Shown: positions 47,213 through 54,948 of the stretch, piece after piece
Numbering within the stretch: position 1 is the first letter of the stretch
Layout of the letters: each line of letters begins with the position of its first letter
Assembly: GCA_041234785.1 (NCBI GenBank)
Contig: JBEROH010000002.1
Location: 1 to 54,948, forward strand
Length of the DNA stretch: 54,948 bases
Direction of reading: 5' to 3'
Source of the DNA: Candidatus Actinomarina sp.
Lineage (GTDB): Bacteria > Actinomycetota > Acidimicrobiia > Actinomarinales > Actinomarinaceae
The notes under the pieces: model-generated
The model's input: the letters and a program-made list of their open reading frames with translations, nothing else
Database searches by the model: none
What the model was told of the DNA's origin: nothing
Position numbers and translations under genes: made by a program

Positions 47213-48649
47213 ATGTTTGAATTATTAGACATTGCAATAGAATCAGCAGTACATTCAGGTGCGAAATACGCAGATGCAAGAATCTTAATATCAAAATCTA
47301 GAAATATATCTGCAAAAAATGGGGAAATTGAAAATTTTAATGAATCTGAAAGAATTGGAATAGGAATTAGAGCTTTAGTTGGCTCTTCATGGGGATTTTA
47401 TTCAACATTTGACTTATCTACAGATTCTCTAGTAAATTCTGGCAAACAAGCTTTCAATATTGCTAAGGCTTCATCGAAAGTATCCGGTAAAGATATTCCG
47501 TTTGCTGATGTTCCTGTGGTTCAGGATACCTACACAACTCCTCATGACGAAAATCCATTTAGAATGTCATCCTCAGAGCAGATTGATTTATTGATTAACT
47601 CAACTGAAGAAATGAAGAAACTTGGTAGTTCTAGATCTTTTGGTAGATTAGATTTTTGGGATACAGAAAAATGGTTTTCATCCAGTCAAGGTCATAAAAT
47701 ATTTCAGAATATTATAGAATCTGGAGGTGGGATATCTTCCCTTTCAATAGGGGATGGTGAAACACAAATAAGATCTTACCCACAATCCTTTGGGGAATAT
47801 AGAACTGGTGGGTGGGAAGTAATAAAAAGTTTTGATTTTGGTCAACACACAGCAAGACTTGCGGAAGAATCACAAAGACTCCTTGTTTCTCCACAATGTC
47901 CAGAGGGTAAAATGGATTTAATACTTGAAGGAAGCCAACTGGCTTTGCAAATTCATGAATCAGTAGGTCATGCAATTGAATTAGATAGAATACTTGGTTG
48001 GGAAGCTGCTTATGCTGGAACATCTCATTTAGAGTTAAACAAACTCAATAAGCATCGTTATGGTTCAGAATTAATGAACATTGTTGCAGATGCAACCCTT
48101 CCTGGTGCTTTAGCAACATTTAAATATGATGACGAGGGCACACCTGCACAGAGAGTTGACATTGTAAAAGAGGGAGTATGGACTGGAGTACTGTCTGGCC
48201 GAGATAGTGCTGCTATAGCTGGGGTAAAACCTGGCGGTATGGTTAGAGCTGATGGTTTTGGAAGATTGCCAATGGTTAGAATGACTAATGTTGGTTTATT
48301 ACCGGGAAATTCGTCTTTAAAAGAAATTATTGAAGCAACTGACAATGGAATATATATGGAAACTAATAGATCATGGTCAATTGATGATTTAAGATTAAAT
48401 TTTCAATTTGGTTGCGAGGTAGGGTGGATTGTAAAAAATGGAAAGATTTCTGATATGGTCAAAAATCCAACCTATACAGGAATAACTCCAAAGTTTTGGG
48501 GCAGCCTTGATATGTTAGCTGATGAAAATGAATGGGTTTTTTGGGGAACACCAAATTGCGGAAAAGGTCAACCTAGCCAAATAGGACATACAGGTCATCC
48601 AGCTTCACCTGCAAGGTTTAGAGACATAAGAATTGGAGTTAGAGGATGA
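47213..48649 (+). CDS. tldD: TldD-family metalloprotease
   Basis: HESVGHAIELD (HExxxH) motif and the Gly-rich C-terminal block of TldD. Paired with a PmbA-like gene by an ATGA overlap. Confidence 0.85.
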   Translation: MFELLDIAIESAVHSGAKYADARILISKSRNISAKNGEIENFNESERIGIGIRALVGSSWGFYSTFDLSTDSLVNSGKQAFNIAKASSKVSGKDIPFADVPVVQDTYTTPHDENPFRMSSSEQIDLLINSTEEMKKLGSSRSFGRLDFWDTEKWFSSSQGHKIFQNIIESGGGISSLSIGDGETQIRSYPQSFGEYRTGGWEVIKSFDFGQHTARLAEESQRLLVSPQCPEGKMDLILEGSQLALQIHESVGHAIELDRILGWEAAYAGTSHLELNKLNKHRYGSELMNIVADATLPGALATFKYDDEGTPAQRVDIVKEGVWTGVLSGRDSAAIAGVKPGGMVRADGFGRLPMVRMTNVGLLPGNSSLKEIIEATDNGIYMETNRSWSIDDLRLNFQFGCEVGWIVKNGKISDMVKNPTYTGITPKFWGSLDMLADENEWVFWGTPNCGKGQPSQIGHTGHPASPARFRDIRIGVRG

Positions 48650-49971
48650 AAGTGTGGAGTAAATTTCTTCAAGATATTCAAAAAGTAATCCCTAATAGTG
48701 TTGAATGTGAAGTAAAAATGATGCATTCAAAAAGTGCTTTAACGCGCTTTGCAAATTCTCAAATTCATCAAAATGTTGATGAGGAATCAGTTGAAGTATA
48801 TTTAACTGTACATTCAAATGACAAGACTGCTACATTGTCTAAAAATTTAACTGCTATAAAAAATCCATCAGAATTTTACCAAGAGGCAATTAATGTGGTA
48901 GGAAATAGTCCAGTAGATGAAAATTGGGCAGGGCTAGCTGAAAAAAAATTAGAGTTTCAAGGCATTAAAGAGTTAAAACAGTCTACTCCAGAAGAAAGAG
49001 CTATCGCTGTCGAAGAGTTTATATCCCATGGAAAACAAATGAACTCTGCTGGTTATTGCTCAACAGAAACAAGTAACTATTTTATTTGGAATACCAATGA
49101 GTTGTCTTCAGCTGACTCATCTTCAAATGCTTTTATAGATGGAATTTTTAGAACAGAGACCTCTGCAGGCTCATCCCATAGAGGCGGAGTAAGTCTTGAA
49201 GAATTAGACATTTCAAGTGCTGGGTTGGAAGCCTCAAAATTAGCACAAGATAGTCAAAATCCTGTCAACATTGAACCGGGCAATTATGAAGTCATACTTG
49301 GACATGAAGCTGTAAGCACTATCCTAGTTTTTTTATCAGTTTATGGATTTAATGCTAAAAGCAAAATTGACGGTATGAGTCCTATTAAGTTAGGTGAACA
49401 ACAATTTGACGAAAAGATAAACTTACTAGATACACCAGAAGATTCAAAATCTATAGGTTTTAAAATTGACGCATCCGGTGCTTTAAAGTCGAATATGAAA
49501 GTAGTTGAAAATGGTATACCTCAGAGTTACTTCCAGACAAGAAGAACATCAAAAGAATTAGGTATGGACAATACTCATCATGAACTATTTGGTTGGGGAG
49601 AAAATTTTGGAGGAATTGGGACAAACTTAGTTCTTCAGAATGGCAATACAGGTCTTGATTCAATGATTTCAAATGTTAAAAGAGGTATTTATATTAATGA
49701 GTTTTGGTACTGTAGAGTTTTAGACCCTATAACGCAAGTAGTTACTGGTTTAAATAGGAATGGTTCTTTTTTAATAGAAAATGGAAAAATTACAAAGCCT
49801 GTTGGAAGATTGAGATTTACACAAAGCTTTATTTCCTCTTTATCACCCGGTAATGTCTTGGCTATCGGTGATTATATAAGATACGCAGATTCAGAGTTTG
49901 GAGAAGGAATATTGCAAGTACCAAAATTACATTTAAAAGAATTTAACTTTACTGGTGGTGTGTCAGGTTAA
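48646..49971 (+). CDS. pmbA: PmbA/TldE-family protein
   Basis: Same fold family as TldD but without HExxxH. The C-terminal GLNRNGSFLIENGKI block and the canonical TldD partner position support the call. Confidence 0.8.
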   Translation: MKVWSKFLQDIQKVIPNSVECEVKMMHSKSALTRFANSQIHQNVDEESVEVYLTVHSNDKTATLSKNLTAIKNPSEFYQEAINVVGNSPVDENWAGLAEKKLEFQGIKELKQSTPEERAIAVEEFISHGKQMNSAGYCSTETSNYFIWNTNELSSADSSSNAFIDGIFRTETSAGSSHRGGVSLEELDISSAGLEASKLAQDSQNPVNIEPGNYEVILGHEAVSTILVFLSVYGFNAKSKIDGMSPIKLGEQQFDEKINLLDTPEDSKSIGFKIDASGALKSNMKVVENGIPQSYFQTRRTSKELGMDNTHHELFGWGENFGGIGTNLVLQNGNTGLDSMISNVKRGIYINEFWYCRVLDPITQVVTGLNRNGSFLIENGKITKPVGRLRFTQSFISSLSPGNVLAIGDYIRYADSEFGEGILQVPKLHLKEFNFTGGVSG

Positions 49972-50737
49972 ATTGAGTTATTTCGATAGTAATAAACCTT
50001 TAATTATTCCCCATAGAGGTGGTGCAAATATTGTTCCTGAAAATACACTGCATGCTTTACAGACAGTTTCCAACGAAAAGTTTTCTCACTTTGAGACAGA
50101 TTTAAGAATGTCAAAAGATGGTGAAGTATTCCTTCAACATGACGAAACATTTGACAGGACTACAAATACATCAGGATTAGTAGGAGACTTTCTTTGGAAA
50201 GATATATCTAAGATAAATGCAGGTTATAAATTTTATAGAAGTAGAGGACTAAGTGAAATGTCTACAAGATTTGTAACATTGTTAGAAGCACTAACAAAAT
50301 TTCCAGACTTGAAATTTAATTTAGATTTAAAACAGTCAGGGATGGATAAAAAAGTGACCGATATAATATTTTCTTTAAAAGCCGAAAGTAGAGTTTTAGT
50401 ATCTTCATTTAGCCCTAAAAGACTCGATAATTTTATAAAAGTAAGCAAAGGAAGAATTTTAACTTCAGGATCATTTAGAGAAAATCTAGTAGCTAGATTT
50501 CTTCCCTCACAAAAAAGAAATATAAAAGTAAATGCAATTCAAGCACCGTTTCGATGGAAAGGGGTTCAGGTACATTCTTCAAAGCTACTAAATTTTTGTA
50601 AATTAAATAATATTCCTCTTCATATTTGGACAGTTAACTCAATAGATGTATTTAAGAAATGTTTGGAAATTGGATGTGATGGGGTTATAACAGATGAGCC
50701 TATAATTCTAAGAGAGTACTTACGCAAGAAAAATTAA
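49955..50737 (+). CDS. glycerophosphodiester phosphodiesterase
   Basis: IIPHRGG...ENT and ETDLRMSKDG motifs of the GDPD family. The start is uncertain: GTG at 49955, or TTG at 49973 just after the pmbA stop. Confidence 0.8.
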   Translation: MVCQVKLSYFDSNKPLIIPHRGGANIVPENTLHALQTVSNEKFSHFETDLRMSKDGEVFLQHDETFDRTTNTSGLVGDFLWKDISKINAGYKFYRSRGLSEMSTRFVTLLEALTKFPDLKFNLDLKQSGMDKKVTDIIFSLKAESRVLVSSFSPKRLDNFIKVSKGRILTSGSFRENLVARFLPSQKRNIKVNAIQAPFRWKGVQVHSSKLLNFCKLNNIPLHIWTVNSIDVFKKCLEIGCDGVITDEPIILREYLRKKN

Positions 50738-52230
50738 ACTTTAGTATTTTTCTCAATAAAATTATTTGCTTCTTGAAAAATATTCATTTTTCTTTCAGAG
50801 TCTAAGTTTTCTAATAATTTGTATTGCATTGACAACCTAGGATTAGATTTATAAAATTCTTTATTTTTATCTACAAAACTCCAATAAAGTCCATCCATAA
50901 TGTCACACCAGGAACCTCTCTTATAATTACTCATTTTTAAAATATAATTTGAGCTACATGTATAAGGCTTTGTAGACATTAGTCCTCCATCAGCAAAAGT
51001 AGCCATCCCAAAAACATTTGGTACCATAACCCAGTCTGATGAATCTATATACATTTCCATAAACCATTTGTAAATCTCTTTTGGGTGTACGCCGCTTAGA
51101 TTCATAATATTACAAATAACCATAAGTCGAGGGATATGATGAATGTATCCATCTTTAATAGTTAATTTTATACAATCATCTAATGGGAGTATCCCGGTAG
51201 TTCCTGTGTACCAAGAAGTAGTAAGTTTTCTATTATTATTCCAAAAGTTTTGATTATATTGAAATTGTCCCTCTTCATGATAAATTCCACGTATAAATTC
51301 TCTCCATCCGATAATCTGCCTTATAAAGCCTTCAAGAGAATTAATAGGTATTGAAAATTTCATACCATACTCTAGAGCTTTATTTGTTACAAGCAATGGG
51401 GTAAGTAACCCTACATTGAGAGCTGGGCTAATAGCACTGTGAAATAAAAAATTTTGCTCAGATAGCAGACTATCTTCAAATGTACCAAAGAATTCAAATT
51501 TAAGTTTAAAAAAATTATTCAACTGTTCTTCCGCACTTTTTCTGGTGACTGGAAACCAAATATTTTCTAAAGTTCCAGGATGATTAGAAAAATTTTTGTT
51601 AATAATTTCTGATACAGAAATATGGTGTTTTGAAAGCTTAAAAACTATATTTTTTGGAATCTCGGTATTTTTCGGAATTTTTTTTCGGTTTTCTTCATCA
51701 AAGGACCATTTACCCCCAAAAGGTTTGTTGTTTTCTTCAACAAGAATGTTTAGTTTTTTTCTAGCATTTTGATAATAAGAGGACATTCGATATGTTTTTT
51801 TTCCTTTTGCCATAGGTACAAATTCTTCTCGGTCAAAAATAAACATCGGAGATTTATGAACTATAACTTCTATTTTATTTTTTGCTAATTGATTAAGAAG
51901 AGATGTTTCAAAATCTTTATCCTCGATTTCAAACATGTGTATAGTTTTAATATTTTTTTCTTTTAAAAAATTTGTTAAAAATTTTGGATAACTTAAATTA
52001 TCATTTCTATCTTTAAGGTTAAAATAATTTACTTTAATCGAATTATTTTCTAGTTCGTCTTTATATTCACGCATGGATGTTAGAAATAGGTATAGTTTTA
52101 ATTTATGGTGTTTAAAATATGTGCAAAGTCCATAATCTTCACTCATAAAAACTTCATTGCAACGTAATTCTTTTAGTATTGTCGGTGAAAATAGTTGGTT
52201 TCCGAGTATTATAAAAAATTTACTTTTCAT
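50734..52230 (-). CDS. cryptochrome/photolyase-related protein (COG3046 / FeS-BCP-like family)
   Basis: N-terminus MKSKFFIILGNQLF and the C-terminal HHIPRLMVICN...PNVFGMATFADGG...KPY..SSNYILKMSNY blocks are typical of the (6-4)-photolyase-like bacterial family. Confidence 0.75.
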   Translation of the reverse strand: MKSKFFIILGNQLFSPTILKELRCNEVFMSEDYGLCTYFKHHKLKLYLFLTSMREYKDELENNSIKVNYFNLKDRNDNLSYPKFLTNFLKEKNIKTIHMFEIEDKDFETSLLNQLAKNKIEVIVHKSPMFIFDREEFVPMAKGKKTYRMSSYYQNARKKLNILVEENNKPFGGKWSFDEENRKKIPKNTEIPKNIVFKLSKHHISVSEIINKNFSNHPGTLENIWFPVTRKSAEEQLNNFFKLKFEFFGTFEDSLLSEQNFLFHSAISPALNVGLLTPLLVTNKALEYGMKFSIPINSLEGFIRQIIGWREFIRGIYHEEGQFQYNQNFWNNNRKLTTSWYTGTTGILPLDDCIKLTIKDGYIHHIPRLMVICNIMNLSGVHPKEIYKWFMEMYIDSSDWVMVPNVFGMATFADGGLMSTKPYTCSSNYILKMSNYKRGSWCDIMDGLYWSFVDKNKEFYKSNPRLSMQYKLLENLDSERKMNIFQEANNFIEKNTKV

Positions 52231-52294
52231 GTTACAAAAACATAGTCTACCATTGTAGAGTAGAATGATTGGCTAATGAAACTTGGAGGTATAA

Positions 52295-53410
52295 GTGGAT
52301 CTTAAAATTTTAGAAAAAGGGTTTATCCCAGAAAATATTTGTCAAAAACTACCTGATATTTTTTTAGACATTGAACAATTAGCAAGTGACCTACCTAAAG
52401 TTTTAGCCAATGAACAAATCGATGACTTTGTCCATAACTTAGAAGTAGAGAAAGACATATCTTCTCTGACTGAAAGCGAATTAGAGAGAGCTATGTTGCT
52501 CTATTCTTATATTGGCCATGCTTACATGTGGGGGAAAAAAGAAGTTGCAAATGTTATACCAATCCAACTTTCTAAAACCTGGTATGCAATTTCTCAAAAA
52601 CTAGATAGGCCACCTATTCTTTCTTATGCCTCCTATGCTCTTAACAACTGGAAATTACTTGATACTACAAAACCTTTTGATTTAGAAAATATAGCAATTC
52701 TGCAAAACTTCTTAGGTGGAGTTGATGAAGATTGGTTTATTATGATCCACGTGGCAATAGAGCACGAAGCAAAAAATGTTTTGTCTTATTTAAAAAACTA
52801 TTTTTTAGACGAAAGCTTTGATGATAACAATTTAGAACTTGCGTTAAATAGCATTAAAAAAATTAATTCAATTATGAATAGAATGCCAGAAAAATGTGAT
52901 CCGTTTATTTACTACAACAGAGTTAGGCCATATATATTTGGGTGGAAAAATAATCCAGCTACTCCAAACGGTGTTGTTTATGATGGAGTAAAAGAATTTA
53001 ATAATGAACCACAACAATTTAGAGGTGAAACAGGAGCACAAAGTTCAATAGTTCCTGTACTAGATGCCTTGCTTGGAGTTGTTCATTCTAATGACCCATT
53101 ACGAGAATACTTAGATGAAATGAGACTCTATATGCCTAAGGAACATAGGGAAATATTAAATTATTTAGATGATTGGTCAGAATCAACTAGAAAAAACTTA
53201 ACATTAGAGGGTAAAGCTAAAAATTTGGTTGCTGAAATTATAAAAGAAGTTCATATCTTTAGAGATAAGCACCTTGAGTATGCCAGAGTGTATATTTTTG
53301 AACAGTCTTTAACAAATAATTCAAACTCTAATATTGTCGGCACTGGTGGTACGCCTTTTATGAAATATCTTGATAAGCATTTACAAGAGACTGTATCTAC
53401 AGATGGTTAA
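52295..53410 (+). CDS. indoleamine 2,3-dioxygenase-like heme protein
   Basis: IDO-family blocks are present: N-terminal GFIPE...LPD, ERAMLLYSYIGHAYMWG, PPILSYASYALNNW, GGVDEDWF, FRGETGAQSSIVPVLDALLGV (compare GGSAGQSS in eukaryotic IDO), and FRDKHLEYARVYI (proximal-His region). GTG start with GGAGG 5 nt upstream. Confidence 0.75.
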   Translation: MDLKILEKGFIPENICQKLPDIFLDIEQLASDLPKVLANEQIDDFVHNLEVEKDISSLTESELERAMLLYSYIGHAYMWGKKEVANVIPIQLSKTWYAISQKLDRPPILSYASYALNNWKLLDTTKPFDLENIAILQNFLGGVDEDWFIMIHVAIEHEAKNVLSYLKNYFLDESFDDNNLELALNSIKKINSIMNRMPEKCDPFIYYNRVRPYIFGWKNNPATPNGVVYDGVKEFNNEPQQFRGETGAQSSIVPVLDALLGVVHSNDPLREYLDEMRLYMPKEHREILNYLDDWSESTRKNLTLEGKAKNLVAEIIKEVHIFRDKHLEYARVYIFEQSLTNNSNSNIVGTGGTPFMKYLDKHLQETVSTDG

Positions 53411-54506
53411 AAAACTAGGCATACCAAAAGAAGTTAAGAAAGATGAAGGTCGGGTAAGTTTAATCCCTAACCATGTTTCTCAATTTTTAGGTCTCGCAGA
53501 TATTTATGTTGAAAGTAATGCTGGACTAGGTTCGGGATTTTCTGATGGAGATTATATAGAAGCTGGTGCCAAGATTGTTCCTAGTGCTGAAGACTTATAC
53601 GATGTTTCGGACATCATTTGTAAGGTAAAAGAACCCCAGGAGCAAGAACATGCTTTACTAAAACCAAACCATGTTTTGTTTGGGTATCTTCATCTTGCAT
53701 CAAACTTATCGTTAGTAAAAAAATTATTGGATAAAAAACTAACAGGTATCGCAATTGAGATGATTATGGAGGGTAAAGAATACCCTTTATTAATTCCAAT
53801 GTCTAAGATTGCAGGGAATTTGGCAATTCAAAAAGGAATGCAGTTTTTAGAGTATTCTTCTGGTGGAAAAGGTGTTTTGCTTTCATCAATATCAGGTAAA
53901 AAAAATTCTAAAGTTACAGTTATTGGATGTGGAGAAGTTGGAAAAAGTTCTATTCATAAATCAATTCAACTAGGTGCAGAAGTTTCAGCAATAGATATTA
54001 ATGAGAAAATTCTTCAAGATTTACAAGAAAAGTATGGGGACAATATCTCTACCTTTTTAAGTGGCACACCTGAAGCAGAGAATACAATTAGAACTTCTGA
54101 TTTGGTTATTGGAGCTGTCCTAATTCCAGGTAGGAAACCTCCAATAGTTGTAACAGAAGAAGACATAAATCATATGGAAAAAGGTTCAGTAATTGTCGAT
54201 GTTGCTATTGATCAAGGTGGTTGCGTAGAGAATGTTGCTGTAAATTCACATAGTGATCCTTTTGTAGTCAAAAATGGAGTTTTAGTTTCGGCAATTGCAA
54301 ATTTACCAGGAGCTGTTCCAAGAACCTCTTCAATTGCGTTATCTTCAGTTTTGCAAAAATATATTGACTTTCTTCTTATTGAAGACTGGTTTGAAAACTT
54401 TAAAAATGATCCAAATTTAAAACCATCCTTACAGATTCATAACGGCCTTTTATTATCAGAAGAAGTTGCAGAAAGTTTGAGTTTGACTTTATCTAAATTA
54501 ATTTAG
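53403..54506 (+). CDS. ald: alanine dehydrogenase family protein
   Basis: MVKKLGIPKEVKKDEGRVSLIP, VESNAGLGSGFSDGDYIEAGAKIV, KVKEP, FGYLHLA, and the Rossmann motif VIGCGEVG. I prefer the ATG at 53403 (ATGGTTAA overlap with the IDO stop) to the track start at 53370. Confidence 0.85.
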   Translation: MVKKLGIPKEVKKDEGRVSLIPNHVSQFLGLADIYVESNAGLGSGFSDGDYIEAGAKIVPSAEDLYDVSDIICKVKEPQEQEHALLKPNHVLFGYLHLASNLSLVKKLLDKKLTGIAIEMIMEGKEYPLLIPMSKIAGNLAIQKGMQFLEYSSGGKGVLLSSISGKKNSKVTVIGCGEVGKSSIHKSIQLGAEVSAIDINEKILQDLQEKYGDNISTFLSGTPEAENTIRTSDLVIGAVLIPGRKPPIVVTEEDINHMEKGSVIVDVAIDQGGCVENVAVNSHSDPFVVKNGVLVSAIANLPGAVPRTSSIALSSVLQKYIDFLLIEDWFENFKNDPNLKPSLQIHNGLLLSEEVAESLSLTLSKLI

Positions 54507-54948
54507 GCTTCCATTTTTTTCTTGAGTTACTAAATTCTTCGATAGCTTTTTGATATTTAAGTGATATATCAATCTTGTCTAAGCCGTTCAATAGTCTATT
54601 TTGAGAAAAATCATCAAGTTCAAATTTAAATTTTATATCTTCACATTCCACATATTTGTTCTTAACTGATATAAAAATTTTCAGATTTGGATTCGAATCA
54701 ATTTTATTAAATAAATTTTCAAGATTTTCTTGTGTGGTTTCAATCGGCAATAAACCGATGTTAATGGAGTTTAGTTTAAATATATCTGCAAATTTTGAAG
54801 AAATGATAGCCTCAAAGCCCCAGTCTTGCAGGCCCCATGGGGCATGCTCCCTAGAAGATCCGGTTCCAAAATTATCACCTGCAATTAGGACTTTAGCGTT
54901 TTGATATTTTTCATTATTTAATGGAAAATCTGGGTCTTTTTTCCAATC
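54493..54948 (-). CDS. leuD: 3-isopropylmalate dehydratase small subunit (5' end beyond the window)
   Basis: The frame is open to the window edge. It reads ...VLIAGDNFGTGSSREHAPWGLQDWGFEAIISSKFADIFKLNSINIGLLPI..., the LeuD signature region. Confidence 0.85.
   Translation of the reverse strand, partial: DWKKDPDFPLNNEKYQNAKVLIAGDNFGTGSSREHAPWGLQDWGFEAIISSKFADIFKLNSINIGLLPIETTQENLENLFNKIDSNPNLKIFISVKNKYVECEDIKFKFELDDFSQNRLLNGLDKIDISLKYQKAIEEFSNSRKKWKPKLI

Noticed and set aside
52246-52259. Inverted repeat TCTAC-catt-GTAGA in the photolyase/IDO divergent region.
   Set aside because: With only 5-bp arms it is easily expected by chance in a 64-nt AT-rich spacer. It is not reported as a regulatory site without conservation data.
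1-54948. Scan for CRISPR arrays, tandem repeats, IS elements, toxin-antitoxin pairs or obvious defence-system genes.
   Set aside because: None seen. Coding density is near-continuous and every sizeable ORF has a housekeeping-type assignment or is a small membrane protein.

Overview
AT-rich, very gene-dense chromosomal segment with about 60 genes. Many start/stop codons overlap and there is almost no intergenic DNA. The hallmark genes are a WhiB-family regulator, the dnaK-grpE-dnaJ-hspR operon and a membrane HdrD-like Fe-S reductase. Together with the base composition they suggest a genome-streamlined, low-GC actinobacterium, possibly a marine/planktonic lineage; this is inference only. The content is mostly core metabolism: mannitol PTS parts (EIIA, MtlD, HPr), proC, nadE, isocitrate lyase and an acyl-CoA dehydrogenase. 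It also includes a complete Bacillus-style caa3 cytochrome oxidase cluster (ctaC-D-E-F-G, divergent ctaB, distant ctaA), lgt, pepN, gnd, hflX, the principal sigma factor, tldD/pmbA, a photolyase-related protein and partial leuD. I saw no CRISPR array, transposase, integrase or rRNA. The most notable signal is a selenium-utilisation trait that the ORF track hides. selD really starts at 17313 and carries an in-frame TGA (17346-17348) exactly at the catalytic Cys/Sec position. A tRNA-Sec (selC, anticodon UCA, long variable arm) lies at 44412-44503 on the minus strand. selD is translationally coupled to a fold-type IV PLP enzyme, an alpha/beta hydrolase and a GT4 glycosyltransferase, which might indicate a selenometabolite cassette (hypothesis). 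Secondary items are a translationally coupled indoleamine-2,3-dioxygenase-like/alanine dehydrogenase pair, a cupredoxin + beta-helix + membrane-anchor fusion protein, and a small Cys/His protein leading the dnaK operon.
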